DNA from: Mytilus trossulus
Lineage: Eukaryota
Reading direction: 5' to 3'
Assembly: GCF_036588685.1 (NCBI RefSeq)
Contig: NC_086377.1
Span: forward strand, 64,356,001 to 64,420,000
Length of the DNA stretch: 64,000 nt
Part shown: positions 26,601 to 41,600 of the stretch, piece by piece
How positions within the stretch are numbered: position 1 is the first letter of the stretch
Layout: each line of letters starts with the position of its first letter
Translations under genes and position numbers: made by a program
Notes under the pieces: model-generated
The model's database searches: none
Seen by the model: only the letters and a program-made list of their open reading frames with translations
What the model was told of the DNA's origin: nothing

Positions 26601-29600
26601 ATTTTCAGCTAGAGTTTTTCACTTCTACTATTCACCGAGCTATGACCATGGATAGTCTGGTGTCCATACATCCTGTCTTTGTAAATGTGTCGGACAATAA
26701 ACGGATCGAGAATATGTTTGATACTATTACCTATAGCAAGGTTTTTATATAATATTTGACTGAAGGTATCAGAACTATATAGACTATTTTCATTGAACCA
26801 ACTTTTGGCGCAAGATTACTAAAAAATATATAATTTTTCGACAGGTTACCTACTCTGCGGTTGGACATCCTGGTAATCGGTCAGGTAGGAGCAACCAAAA
26901 GAAGTAAAATTGAACATATAATCGGTGCAATTTTTGGGGAAAGCTTACTGTTTTCCAATGACTTGATCGTGTATAGAAAACAAAAACCGAAAAAAGGTAC
27001 CGATTGTAAATTAATTTTACATCTTTAAGTTTCTCATACTTGACCAAGTACCAGGATGTCATATCAAAGAGTATGTTACCTGTCTTAAAGATATAAAGTC
27101 CGGAATCAGAGTTCGCTTTTACGAACAAAAAAGTTTATTGCTTCTAACCGTAAACCTAATGAAAGCTAATCATTATCATATCATTATTACCTGATAAAGA
27201 GGTATGTCACATGCCAGATTTAAATTACTGTGAATTCATTATTCTTCGTTGGATACCAATTTTCGTGGATTTCGTTGGTACAGGTGAACCACGAAATCTA
27301 ATGGTCAACGAAATGTATATTTTAATAGGTTTTGTATACAGAGAAGGTCAAAACCATGAAATTAAATATCCACGAATATGCAAGTTTCCAACTATCCACG
27401 AAAATTGATACCCACGAAAATAAATGAATCCACAGTAGGTAGTTGATGTATCTTTTAACTCGAAGTAAGTGTAACTAAGTAATTGTACCATCAAAGACCC
27501 TTCCTGATACCTTACAATATCTTTCAATGCAAATAGGCAGAAGGTACCATGTGTCGACAATCATGAGTTAAGAAAAACAACCAACAACCAAATACAAAAC
27601 TAATACATAACACTACTACGTGAAACATATTCTAGCAAAACAACCCGAAAAAAGCCTGACATGAATTCAGAATAATATGATTCTGCTCCACATTTGACAA
27701 AACAACCCACTTTATATTGATCCATTTATATCAAAATGCTATTTTATGTAATGTGTATGTATACCATTAATTAATTTAGTTGAATTAAGATAATAGATCT
27801 ACAGTACTTCCGAAACTTCAAAACACATCACATATTTAGTATTTCTTGTATTGTTTGATCAATGATTTGACAATTTTCTCAGACATATTTTACCTTCCTT
27901 CAGGGTGCGTCTATAGTTCGTATGATGAGGTTCTTTCTAGGAAAACAAACATTTAAACGAGGACTACAGGTACGTACAGAATTTATCATAGCATTTTCAT
28001 ACACTGAGGTAAAACCGTAAACGTTAAAAAATGAGGAAACTATATGAACTCCAGGAAAGGCAATTATATCAAGACAATGGCAATCTTCAAAACATCTTTT
28101 AGAGTTTTGATAGATAATTTATTATTGAGTTAAACAACATATACGGTACCAATTTCTTTTGCAGCAGGAGCACAGTTCTACAACCACTGGCTGTTTAGTA
28201 ATACTACAGGTCAAACTATTTGAAAGTTTAAGCTTACGAGAAAAGAAAGAGCGCATAAACTAAAATGACAAATGATCAAGCCAAACCCAGGCATGGAACC
28301 ATAGCTTTGTATGGAATCTGGAAATACAGCTTAGATAACATATTTATTATGAGAACTTTTCCTTTAAAATAACTATTTTTATGCCCAATTTATGAACATT
28401 ATGTTTCCTGGTCTGTAAAAGATTTTGGTCGAGGTAGTTTTTGATGAAGTTGAAGTCCAATCAACTTGAAACTTAGTGCACATGTTCCCTTTGATATGAC
28501 CTTTCAAATTTTAATGCTAAACAAATGATTTCCCCCTTTTAACGGTCCACTGAACATAGAAAGTGATAGTGTGGATGGGGCATCCGTGTACTGGGGATAC
28601 ATTCTTGTTTTTAACTACAGTAACACAGAAGGAAACGAATCTGAAACCACAGCAACCCTATGTCATATGAAAATGATAACTGACAGACTGATACACAGAT
28701 GCTACTAAGTGAAATTTGACATCCTAGATATTATCGAAAAATGTTTAACCTTTAACATGTTTAAGAATATGAAATAAGATGGCATAAATACTATCATTAA
28801 AATATTCACATATATTTCTTTTATTCTAAATGTTATTAGGTTCTATACACAATTAAGAACATTTAAAGAAGTATGCTTTTAGAAAATTAGCTATACGTTT
28901 TAATCACATACTTTAAACTAAAATAAAAGCAGCTTCTCAATTATCCAAATGAGTGTTTGTCTAACTGCTATATATCAATTGAAAACATTCATGAAAATTG
29001 TTTGAACCATTTTCTAAAACACTTTCCGTTTTTAATTTCACCTGGCGTTCGGCATTTTTGTTATTTTACTTTTGACAGTATAATATATCGTTGTAAACTT
29101 ACAAAAAGTAACAACTTGCAATAGTGAAAAGAAATGTCTGTTTGATAAAATGACACATACCTACCTGGAAATATTTAAACTGATATATTGTTTAAATGAC
29201 AAACATTTTCACCACTTTATTTTATTATCAATTTCAGTTTCAGTAATGTTTAAGTCACCTCCTTACCTTACACTTCATCTCTATGCTGTGACATCAGTAT
29301 CGGTGTTCTCATGGTAGGTTTTTGCCTCGAGGGCGGGAACTAGAATCACGGCCGGATCAATCCAAGGACTTTATAATTGTCCTTTGCTGCTTCTTCGTTC
29401 AACATGCAGCATTAATTGTTGTTAATGAGGTACAGCTTGAAGTCATAATGCTATGTCTAGAAAAGGTATTGTAGTATGACTTCCTTCGGACGGTTACAGT
29501 TTGAGCTAGCGATTAAAAATCAGCGGTTAAGCGTGACCAGTGCAAAGCAGGGTTCATATTTATAACGATTCAACATGTTCTCGTCATGTATACGCAGTTA

Positions 29601-32600
29601 ATGTGCTATTGGATGTTAGAAGCCATCCATCCATCCATCCAGTAGTGAGCAGTTAATTTTATAAATAGATTGATTATTGTTCCAGTATTTGTTTTCTCTT
29701 TAGCGTTACCTGAAGAACCATCTATATGGCGTTACTACACACGATGATCTGTGGTATTCATTGGGCAACGTAAGTTCATTTCTTGCATTCAGGTCTGTGT
29801 GCTTGTTGGTTTGTTAAGTCGTTATCGCATTTAATAACGAAGATTAATGGTTTTTATATCCCGTAGTGGTTATGTGTTACTATAAAATTCGTGAACAATG
29901 TATGTCTTATAAAACACATTACTTTACCTTATCTAACTCATCAGACACGCACTGCTTTTAAAGTCATATATTTACCAAATTCAACGACAGCTTTTGAACT
30001 TCCCTAACCTATTATGACACAGCTCTTAAGAAATCTGACAAGTGCAAAGGATACCAACTTTGAAGGGGTTAACACAAGAGGCAAACTATTCGATATTCTT
30101 TTTAAAAGTGAAATATTAATTCATAGAATTTCTTCAATCCTTCGAAGAACAAAATTAACTTTTAATACGTTTGATGGTAAACGATAGTTAATATTGAGAA
30201 TGGAAAAGAAAATTGCGTCAAAGAGACAACAACCCCACTGAAGAATAGGAAACAGCGAAGGCCATCAACGTGTCTCCAACACAGCGAGAAAATATCGCAG
30301 CCGGAGTCGGGCTCCAGCTCCCAAACAAAAATGTGTTTTATTTACCTCTTTGTTAATCAGTGTATGGCATCATAAATATACATAACCAGTCATTGAATAA
30401 TACTTCTCAACAAGAAATGTACATGCTATTTTTTTTTTTTTACAGCAAAGTAAAATTGACAGAAATCCTAAATTCATTCAAAACATAAAACACATAATGG
30501 ATACATGGGTAATGCAAATGAACTACCCAACTGTGTTCATCAAACGGGATAGCGATGACCTTGTCCTCACGCAATCACGATACCTTTTGGACACAGAAGC
30601 CATTGATCCCAGCACATATAAATCCACATTTGGGTATGTATTATTCACCGGTATAGGATGGTCTGCATAGGGTTTACAAAATGGAGATTAGAATTGCTAA
30701 ATAGAATACAATAATAATAAAAATAACAATAAAGAATAGTTAATTAAAGAAAACCATAAAAATAGAAAATAGAGAATAAAGAGGTGCTGAAATATATAAA
30801 ATAAAGAATAATGGGAAAAAAGAGCAGAATAATCAATACAAATATAAAGAAAAGAGAAAAAAAAACAGAGACAGAAAATAGAAAATAGAAAATTATGATG
30901 CGCTGAAGTATATATAAATTATTAAGGTAGCACAATACAAAGATTTTTCATCCCCAATCAGTCATCTTTAAACTGATGTAATTCCACTCCTCCTTCTTTA
31001 AATTTTATAAATGAGGTACCAAAAAGAAAGAAGAATGATTAATCTTTCAAATTGTGATAATTTCATTATGACATAATTATTACACATTGAATTGTTACGT
31101 TATAAGTTGCTATATTGTGATGTCCATACTTCAATGAATTTTGCTTCCTTGTTATTCATAGCATCCCAAAATATTTTATAGATTCTTCGACAACACAGCT
31201 TGACCTCAAAAAGTGTGTCTCAGATTCTCCTATTGTATTTTATTCTCTCATAAACCTCTAATGAAGTTTGCAACATCAATTCATAAGAGACCACTATATT
31301 GAATTGGGTATACAATTTATTTGTTCTATTGATGTTTTTGGAAATTTGAGACACAGTTGTGGAGGTCAAGCTGTATTGTACAAGAATCTATAAAATATTT
31401 TGGGATGCTATGAAGAACAAAGACGCTAAATTCAATCAAGTGTGGACATCACAATACAGAAACCAATTACATAACAATTGATTATGTAATAGTTATGTCA
31501 TAATGAAATTATCACAATTTGAAAGATTAATCTTTCTTCTTTCTTTTGGTACCTCATTTATAAAATATAAGGAGGATGGAATGAATTACATCATTTTAAA
31601 GTTATCAAATTGGGAGTGAAAAAAATCTTTGTTTTGTGCTACCTTATATGGCCCAAATGAATAAGCAATATAGAAAAATTGAATAAAAGTTAAAGAAACA
31701 AGAAATGTAGAAAACCTCATCTGGAATCTTATATAAATAAACTTACCCTATGCACCAAAGTTAGCATTTTTTTTTATCCATACACAAACGTTAAAATCCT
31801 ATGAATTGTGTCATTTATTCAGCATGGCTGATACAGCAACACAAATTGTAATTAGCTATCATAACTTCAGAAATGGAGGTAAAATGTCCCTTAACCCATG
31901 TCTACAACATTGTAAAAAGGTAAGTTCCACTGAAATTACAGAATGTGCTCAACAAATCATGTGTACATGAACAATGTTGGAACACATGTTCGTTCCCTAC
32001 TTTGTTGGTTCTTCTTCTTTTGGTTGTGTTGCTGATAAGACATTCGATAAGAGCATATAGTGTTTTCAAGTAAGCTATAAAAGAATTCTCGGAAAAGAAA
32101 TCAAATGTCTACACACAGATAAAGCTGCAGATTTAGTATATTATCATAAATTTGAATACAAACAAAGCAAAATATGAAGGAATCACGTAAGTTAAATAAA
32201 ACAATGCCAGGCCAAGTGCATTGGCAGGATAGTTAGGAAATAAGGCTAAATGAAGTAACTTTCTATTTCAATTTGCATTATTGACTTTGTGTGATAAAGA
32301 GAAACAAACGATACAAATAGAACATTCAATCTCATAAATCGAAAATAAACTAAGAACGTCAAGACAAAACACCCAAAAAGACCTATTCGCAAACCGTAGT
32401 CTACAAAAAATGTGACAGACAAAGCCATTCAAGGGTACTGTATTTTGATCATATATGTTGACAATAACTGTAATTTTTTTTATAGATATAAGTGGGTTAT
32501 ACCTGTGACGTTTACTACAAGTCTTAATTTACGTTTTATTCAATCAGCTACGGACATAACTTGGATGGATATACATCATTCAGATGGTAAATATTTTTTT

Positions 32601-35600
32601 TTATCATTCATACGTAACAAAGAAGGAAAGAAATACCATCAGTTTGTGGTTTCAATATTTACACAACATCAGGACAACTGATTAATGCTTCTTACCAAAA
32701 GGATAAAGGTTAATAACCATAAAGTTATAGTACAGAGAAACAAAAGCAGATACAATTGTAAATTTTTACTTAGCATGACATCACTGTGACTTTTAGATAA
32801 ATAACAGAAATAAAACACTGTTTCTTTGCTTTTGGTGTGTTTTTTTGTTTGTTTTTGTAATAAAGATTTGTATAAATATGACTTTGCATATTCATACATA
32901 CAGTATTTCATGTACCTGTTGTACTGTGTCAATCTAAATGTCAAATTATATAAGACTCTGTTTTGTCTGATTGCAACTATGACAATTTAATTTTATAATA
33001 CTGAATATGATATAAAATGTATCTTTTATGTGTGGCGATCCTGACTTTGCATATAAGCTTGGCTCGGACAAATTTCAGAAAAGCGCTTTACACGTTCGAA
33101 ATCTAAAACGCATGATTCTTTTATAAGCATGTTAATAAATGATGGTTCAGATTTTGTTCCCAAACATATAGTTTTTAAGCAATTTTCAAATGAGAAGTAA
33201 GAAAAGGCAATATGCTAGTATTCTGTTATAGTTGTATTATTGGAAACTTTTTTTCAGTAACCATCTCCAGTGCAATGAGTGGGTCATCGTCCAATGATTG
33301 GTACATAGGAAATGTAATGCAGAACGGCTACTACAGGGTGAATTATCCGGAGGAGAACTGGATCAAACTTATCCAGCAACTCAAAACAGACCATACGGTA
33401 ATGGTATAGGTCAACCGATACCTACACTAGTTACATATTTTTTTAGTCTTTCGTTTGGTTTTCAGACTTGTTCACTACTGTGCGTTCAAAACTCTTCAAT
33501 CACTTTCAGCAAATTAAGATCTGTTTTGTCTTTGTTCAATCAGTTCCATAGACGTTATATATTGACCTGTATATTTTATTATCATACATAACTGTTTGCA
33601 ATGCTACTGAGTAGTATTAAGTTGACTACGCATTCTTCTGAACGTTACGGATCTGACATCAGTGAATACTCTGAAGATAGATCAAAAGACGGACCGTGAA
33701 TGAATGATTTATTGTTCATCCTGTCCAGACCATGTTGAAATCAATTTGATCGTTTCAAACTAAAATATAGTTAAGAAGGGATAAATCAAATTGAGTACAT
33801 ATAGATTCCATCACTGTCTCTAAAGCTAACGACATATTATCACTGCTGCAAGTTCGATTTCATAACGTTGCTGCTTATTTTTACTGAAAACGTAACTGTC
33901 AGCATTAAGAAGTATTGATTGTGCGATTTCTCAATGCTTTTAGACGATGTGACGTACACAAAGATTGCATCGTTCAATGTCATTTCATCGGGTGTGGTAT
34001 ATCTTTTTCGTGAAGTCATAAAAACAAACAAAGAGAAAACAACCACATTTGACACTAGTAGTAAACGATGATCAATTAATTACTAAGATCAAACGAGCAA
34101 CATTTATATTATCGAACAAATAATTAATCGGTTCGGAAAAACATTAAACCGGTTCATAATTAGCGAAATTCAATAATAGTTGGATGGTGAAAAAACGTTC
34201 AGACATCGGATATTTTTGTTTTTTGTTTTTTTAAGAACAATATTGTTTTATTTAAGTCAAATACATGTACCCTGTATATACTTTTAGATTATTCCTCCTA
34301 TTAATAGGGCACAGATAATAAACGATGCATGGAATCTTGCTAAGTGAGTATACAATGTCAATCGTCATCCAACTTATTCTGCCGATGTGTTTAACAATAT
34401 CTTAAATTTAATTTACTTGATATAAAATAAATATATTTGAGTCAATTATGAATTGTATCTTTGAGTTGAATCAGTCAATAACAAGAATGTGTCCACCATA
34501 CACGGATGCCCACCTCGCACTATCATTTTCTATGTTTACTGGACCGTGAAATTGGAATATATTCTCTAATTTGGCATTAAATTAAAAATGCTCTCATCTA
34601 AGGGAACATGTATACTAAGTTTCAAGTTGATTGGATTTCAACTTCATCAAAAACTACCTTGACCAAAAACTTTAACCTGAAGTGTAACAGACGGACGAAC
34701 GAACAGACGGACGGATGGACGAACGGACGCACAGACCAGAAAACATAATGCCCCTCTACTATCGTAGGTGGGGAATAAATAATTGCGAAAAGAAATGCAA
34801 ACATCACATCTATATTGCATTGAATAAGTAATTGTTGTATATGATATACAGCAATGTTTACCTAGACACTAGTCTGCTGGGTAATTTGATGCCAACAAGC
34901 AAATTTGTTGCATAAACATTGTTACCGTTACTTTGTTTATTACCCTTCTCGTTTATATTTTTTTTTTCGATTAATAGATACTTGTGTAGTATATGAAGTT
35001 GATGTAGGTTCATTAATTTGTATCTGCATATCGGCAATTGACAACTATATAAGAACGCAAGTCGATCTTACAAGCAATACCGTACGTAGGTTCTTCGGTA
35101 GTCCATGATGAATTAGGTAATGTATCACATTGAAAATTAAAATGTAGATTTATTGGATATGGGAAGAAGCCTTACAACAGGTCAAGGCCGGATCCCACAA
35201 AGAGTTGCAGCATGTTTTTTTAATGCCTTAAGAGCGTAGGTATCATCGAACACGTGGGTGATGTTAAAGCTTTTTAGCTCTGCTATAATTTTGAACAAAT
35301 GTACGATTTAGTTTATTTTTGATATTGTGTTTTGTCTTTTACAGATCAGGAGATGTGAATACTTATATTGCATTGCAAACCTTAGACTATCTGGCAAAAG
35401 AGGATAACTATGTACCATTAAGAGCTGCTTGGACGGAAATATTGTATCTACGTGAAGCTGTCATTGAAACAGATCTTAACAGTACATTTTTGGTAAGTAT
35501 ATAGGTATGTCTTCGATTTGGATGCTGAGCAAATGGCAGTTATGTTGTCATTTTAATACAAAAACAAAGCAGCTACCTTCTCAAATACAAGGCTCTTTAC

Positions 35601-38600
35601 TTCAAGAAGCAACTATAATGTTTCTTGTAAGGTTCTTAAGAAAGATAATATGTGTTTAATGACCTTTGAAAGATCCCAAATTAAAAAAATGGAAAGCTAT
35701 TTAGAGAAAATAAGCGACCTCACTTAATCTTATTCATATAAACCATTTCATGCTCCCTTAACACTATTTGACAATGCATGCAAAACATATCATCAAGTTT
35801 TTTTTTTTATCTTTATCGAGTTATTAAAAATTATACAATATGCTTTATTTCAAAAACACTCTGTCACATTGACATGTGAAACAAGAGGTAAATTGCAAAA
35901 TTCAATCACATACAATTAAAGAAATAAATAAAAGAACTTAGAAATGAAAGAGCCACGTTTTTAATGATATGCGTCCAAATCGTCAAACGATGCCGTATAT
36001 ACCATGGGAACTGATGTGAAATGCTTTGTTTGTGATTATTTTGAAGTTATGTTTAATTTTTTTTTTTGAATTTCTGTTCTATTCTGGTTTTATTTATTTT
36101 CAGAAAGGAAACTATATAGGATTAATAACCAATTGTTCAGAGAACAATTGAAGGTCTTTCCATCAAAACAATGTATTTTAATATGAAAGGTGTAAAATTA
36201 AGTTTAAAATGTCATTTCAATCGTCAAATGATAGCTTATTGTACGCTGATTCCAAAAATATATGATATCTAAACAATATTTTTTTAGATAAGGGAGATTA
36301 TATCTTACTTCCGGTTTGACAAAGACTATTTCCGATAATATTTGACTATTTACTTGACACCGATTCCAAAAAATCTTGTTCTATATACTTTTATATTAAT
36401 ACAGTACAATAAATAGCTACTTCCGGTTAACACAAGGTCACTTCCGGTTGTTTTTTCAAGGTTAAATGGTTTGATACCGTTTGCCAAAAGTCTCATGGCT
36501 TTATCATGTATACACATGAGGTAAAAGCAAAGGTCAAAACCTAGAACGTCAAGTTAAGCTATGACCTTGAGATCAATTTCAAGGTCATTAACCAAGAACC
36601 TCAAATCAAAAGACCATAGGTCTTAATTATGTTTAGTTAATGAGTTCTATCACCATATGCGTATTTTTAAATACCGAAGGGGAGAAAACTCCCTTTAACA
36701 TTTAACGTACCCTTGAAATTAAAATTTACGTGTTACGACATGTCGCAACAAACAATTTAGAAAAAATAATTTGTCGATATCTTTTACGGTTTCTGGAAAT
36801 GAGTGGAAATGAGCCAAATTCAAAAATTAGAATATGACTTTGACCTTTGACCTTGACATAATTTTCATTTTTTTGGACCAAGGATTCAATCAAAAGATCC
36901 TAGGTCTCTTGCAATTATGGTTTACAAGATAGAAATGCATATCACTTATATCAAATGCATAAGGGGAAATAACTCTCATATGGAGCGTTCATATCGCTTC
37001 GGTCAAAATAGGACAAATCATGCGAAGGATATAATAAGCAATTATGTAAAATAGATTTGTGATAATCTTTTAAGGTTGCAAAGGAGTTGTGCACACAAAG
37101 AAAACAGTATTTGGGGAGATAACTCCTACAAAGAAAAGTATTCGGTTACGCAGGGTAAATTTCAAAAGCGCATAAACTGTTTGATATCATATACCAAATA
37201 TCTAAGCGACATGAAGCGAAACAAATATTTATCGCAAGAACAAAATTAGGCGGAAGAAAAAAAAAATAAAATTAAAAAACCAATTGTTCAGAGAACAATT
37301 GAAGGTCTTTCAATCAAAACAATGTATTTTATTGATATGCAAGTTGTGAAACTAAGTTTAAAATGTCATTTTAATCGTCATATGATAGCTTCTAGTACGC
37401 TGATTCTAAAAATATATGGTTTCCATACATTTTTTTTTTAAATAAAAGAGATAATTTGTTACTTCCGGTTGAAAAATGTTACTTCCGATTATATTTGAAT
37501 ATTCAATTGACACTGATTCCAAAAACATCTGGTTGGTTCTATATACTTTTATATTAATAAAGCAAAAAAAATACATACTTCCGGTTTACAAAAGGTCACT
37601 TCCGGTTGTCTTTTTTTAGGGGTTAAACTGATTGATACCTTTTTCCAAAAGTTTCATAGCTTAATCATGTATACATATAAAATAAAAGCAAAGGTCAAAA
37701 TCTAGAACGTCAGATTAAGCTATGACCTTGAGATCAATTTCAAGGTCATGAACTAAGGACCTCAAATCAAAAGACCATAGGTCTTAATTATATTTGGTTA
37801 ATGAGTTATATCACCAAACGCGTATTTTTAGATGCAAGAGTGGAGAAAACTCCCTTTTACGTTCAACGTATCCGTGTAATAAAAATTTATGTGTTACGAC
37901 ATGTTGAAATTAACAATTTAGTAAACATAATTTGTTGATATTTTATACGGTCTTTGGATATAAGTGAAAATAAGCCAAATTCAAATATTAGAATATGATC
38001 TTGACCTTTGACCTTGACCTAATTTTCATTCTTTTGCACCAAGGACCTCAAATCAAAAGATACTAGGCTTCTATCACTTATGGTTTATAAGATAGAAATG
38101 CATATCACTTATATGCATAAGGGGAAATAACTCTCATATGGTGCTGTCATATTGCTTCGGTCAAAATAGGACAAATCATGCGAAGGATATAACAAGCAAT
38201 TTTGTAAAATAAATTTGTTGTTATCTTTTACGGTTGCGAAGGAGTTGTGAACACAAGAAAAATAGTGTTTGGGTAGATAACTCCTACAAAAAAAAGTATT
38301 CGGCTACGCTGGGTAAATTTGAAAAGCGCATAAACTGTTCGATATCATATACCAAATATCAAAGCAACATATTGCGAAACAAATGTTTATCGCAAGAAAA
38401 AAATTAGGCGGAAGAAAAAAAAAAGCAATCAGAAGAAAAACAATAGGTCTTTCCACAGAAAAGTGGAAAGACCTAATAATCAGAAGAAAAACAATAGGTC
38501 TTTCCACAGAAAAGTGGAAAGACCTAATAATCAGAAGAAAAACAATAGGTCTTTCCACAGAAAAGTGGAAAGACCTAATAAGCATACATATCATCAGGGT

Positions 38601-41600
38601 TATTATTATTATTTAATAGATGATATTCAAAAGGAACGTTTTCAAGTCTTGCAATGAACTACAATTCAAAACTAAACGGGGACAACTTTTGGATATCGGT
38701 ACAAGTGGTGCACGTAGGACATACCTAAAGTCAAATTTTTGATAGATATAAGAAAATATGGTACGAGATAACTAGCTATACAAGTCGCAATTTACAAAAG
38801 TGAACCATTACAGGTCAAAGTATGGTCTTCAACACGGAGCCGTGGATCATAGATCATCTTAGCCGTATTTGGTAAAACTTTTAGGAATATTTTGGTCCTC
38901 AATGCTCTTCAACTTCGTACTTTGTTAGGCATTTTAAACTTTTTTTTATTAGAGCGTCACTGATGAGTCTTTTGCAGACGAAACCGCGCGTCTGACGTAA
39001 GTGTAATATTTTAGTCCTGGTATCTATGATGAGTTTATTTACACCGAACAGCAAGAAACAACGGGCCCCAGAAATTACTAGTCTAAAACCATTCCAAAAC
39101 AAGAACTATCTTAAAATAAGATATCCGACGTATTTAAAAAATGTTTAAAACTATCATTTCGATAACCTTCAGAAGCACAATGACTTAATGATGCACCATT
39201 TAAATAACGTTTTCTCTGTTTGTGTTGAGTATTCTCGGTCCTCGTATCTTTCTGTTTACATTCACCAAATCCCCGCGGAAAACTCACATGCGTAGGTGCG
39301 TTCTTAAAGTCGGTGTACGTTCGTACAACAAAGTTTACATAAACTATTTACATTAAAAATTATATGATTATCCCGAATAACCAGCTGTCATGGATGCAAA
39401 AAGCTATTGGAGAAACAATTATTTAAATAAAAATATAAATCCTAGTCAGATCTAGTTCAAATATTTATAGTTTTTCACTTGCTTTCCATCACGATATTAT
39501 TAACAAGACGTTTTTTCAAACACAACCAAATCACCCACCATGACAGCATTTTGTCTAATCACAGAAAGGATTCTCGAGCATGCGTATTCTGTTGCCATAG
39601 TTAAGCGTCCTTCAGTTCAAAGGGCACAAACCGAAACTATACCGACTACGTCGGGAAAAAAAACCCAACGGTATAATCTATATAAAAAAGTACGAAAAAC
39701 GATAAACACTTATGAACCACATCAACAAACTATACCACTGAAAATCAGGTTCCTATTGAGTAAGTACGTTCCTTTGGTGTCACTTGTTTCTCTTGTATTC
39801 CCAAAGAGTATAAAGGAGCCAAGTCTTAGATTGAATAACCCGAAATTTGAAGACAAATACAATCCAAAGATAACGTCAGCAATGATTTTCAATAGGTTAA
39901 GTTAAAAATGTTTAATTACTGTATATTAATATAAAACATGTATCCAGTATATAAACTTGAAAGAGAATATTATAGTTGCAATATGACCTAGTTATAATTC
40001 ATAGTTTTGTTGTAGAAAGTTGTAAAGAGAATATTTTCGAAGCAATTCAATATGATTGGAATGGATAATACAGGTGCTGGGCATACAGAAACGTAAATAT
40101 ATAATTAGAAAAATAATAGAAAAAATCAATATAAAAAAGGAAATATTGATTACATATAATGAAGCCCTCCGAAGGTTTCCTTTGTGGGTATTGCAAATCG
40201 TTAATCATTATTTATCAAGAATTATTTGTGTCCATTAATGTCAAAACTATCTGATGACTTCTTGAAGGAGTTATTTTCCTTAAATGTCAAATTTTATAAT
40301 TTTGTTTCATATGTGCCAATTATTTGGAAAATTATCAAAGATAGAGAGATAAATGATCAACAAGAAAAGATCTATGAATTAGTATGCATGGCTGAATTCG
40401 TTAGAAGAAAGAAATTCCAAATAGCAAAAGTAAACAAAAAACAAAAAAATCATGACTGCCATCTTTAATCGAATTGATATCGGAGATGTTGCCCTTTAAC
40501 GTAGATTTTTTTACCATGTTTGTTCAAGATGTTGCTTTATATCTTTAAAAGAAAAATAGATATAAATGTAAATGCATCTGAAAAACTTAAAATGAAAAAT
40601 TGATCATCAGGCTTACATCTGTAAATTTGTAAACATGACTGAAATTGGCATTCACTCTTTTAGTTGCTACCCTTTCGTGATTTAAAAAAGGGTTATTGTA
40701 AAGATGTAAGCCAGGCTCTTGATAGCCTCTTTTTCTATTTTTTCTTTTATACATATATCATTTGTCTGGATGAAATGTATTCATAGTTTATTTGGATTGA
40801 TGAATATATCTGTCTTTATCTATTGGGCCTATATTTTTCGTTTCTTTATTATTTTGCCCTCAATTCCCCATTTTGCCAATGATGAATGAAGCGACTTGAC
40901 AAGAAATGTTGTCGTTTAAGGTTCGCTTCTCAATGACAAGTTAATTAACTTTTCAAACCACTAGTATACATTGAAAGGCGATTATTAAAGTACTCAAAAG
41001 AGCAAAACAAAATTATAGGTCAATGTGCTCGTTTTTGAGATATTAGCCATTTAAATTTTGGCTGGAAAATATTCTCTCTTGACTTTTCGTAGCTTTACCA
41101 TTGACAAGTTTAAGTTCTCAAAAACTTTTAAAAAAGAATTGAAATTTTATGAGACCTTAACAGATAGCTTATCATTATACATGTAAAAGAATTAAAATAA
41201 TGGGGGCCAATGGGCAAATTTTTTAAAGGCATTCATATGAATAAAACCATAGGATTCCGAAAATCTTGCATATTTTTTTTAATAAAAGGGACATGTGTAG
41301 CACGACTGCTTACAGCAATCTTTTTTTTATTTATTTTCTAGAATGACACGACGTGCGATTGTTCGTTTTGCATGTTTCTATGAGAGCGAGGAATGTATTC
41401 GAAACTGTACAGATATCTTTAAAAAGTATATGGACAATCCAGACGAAAATCCGTAAGTTCTTAGCACAATAACCATATATATTTAACTCGGTCTATTGAG
41501 TGTTCATGTATTGTTATTCCAAACAAAGCCTCGGAGGTCAAAGGAAATATTTAGAATAAATATATCTCATGTTACATTCCTAAACAATTTAAGATTTATT

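Noticed and set aside
38304-38657. Repetitive basic ORFs on both strands
   Set aside because: They are translations of the 51-bp terminal hairpin triplication.
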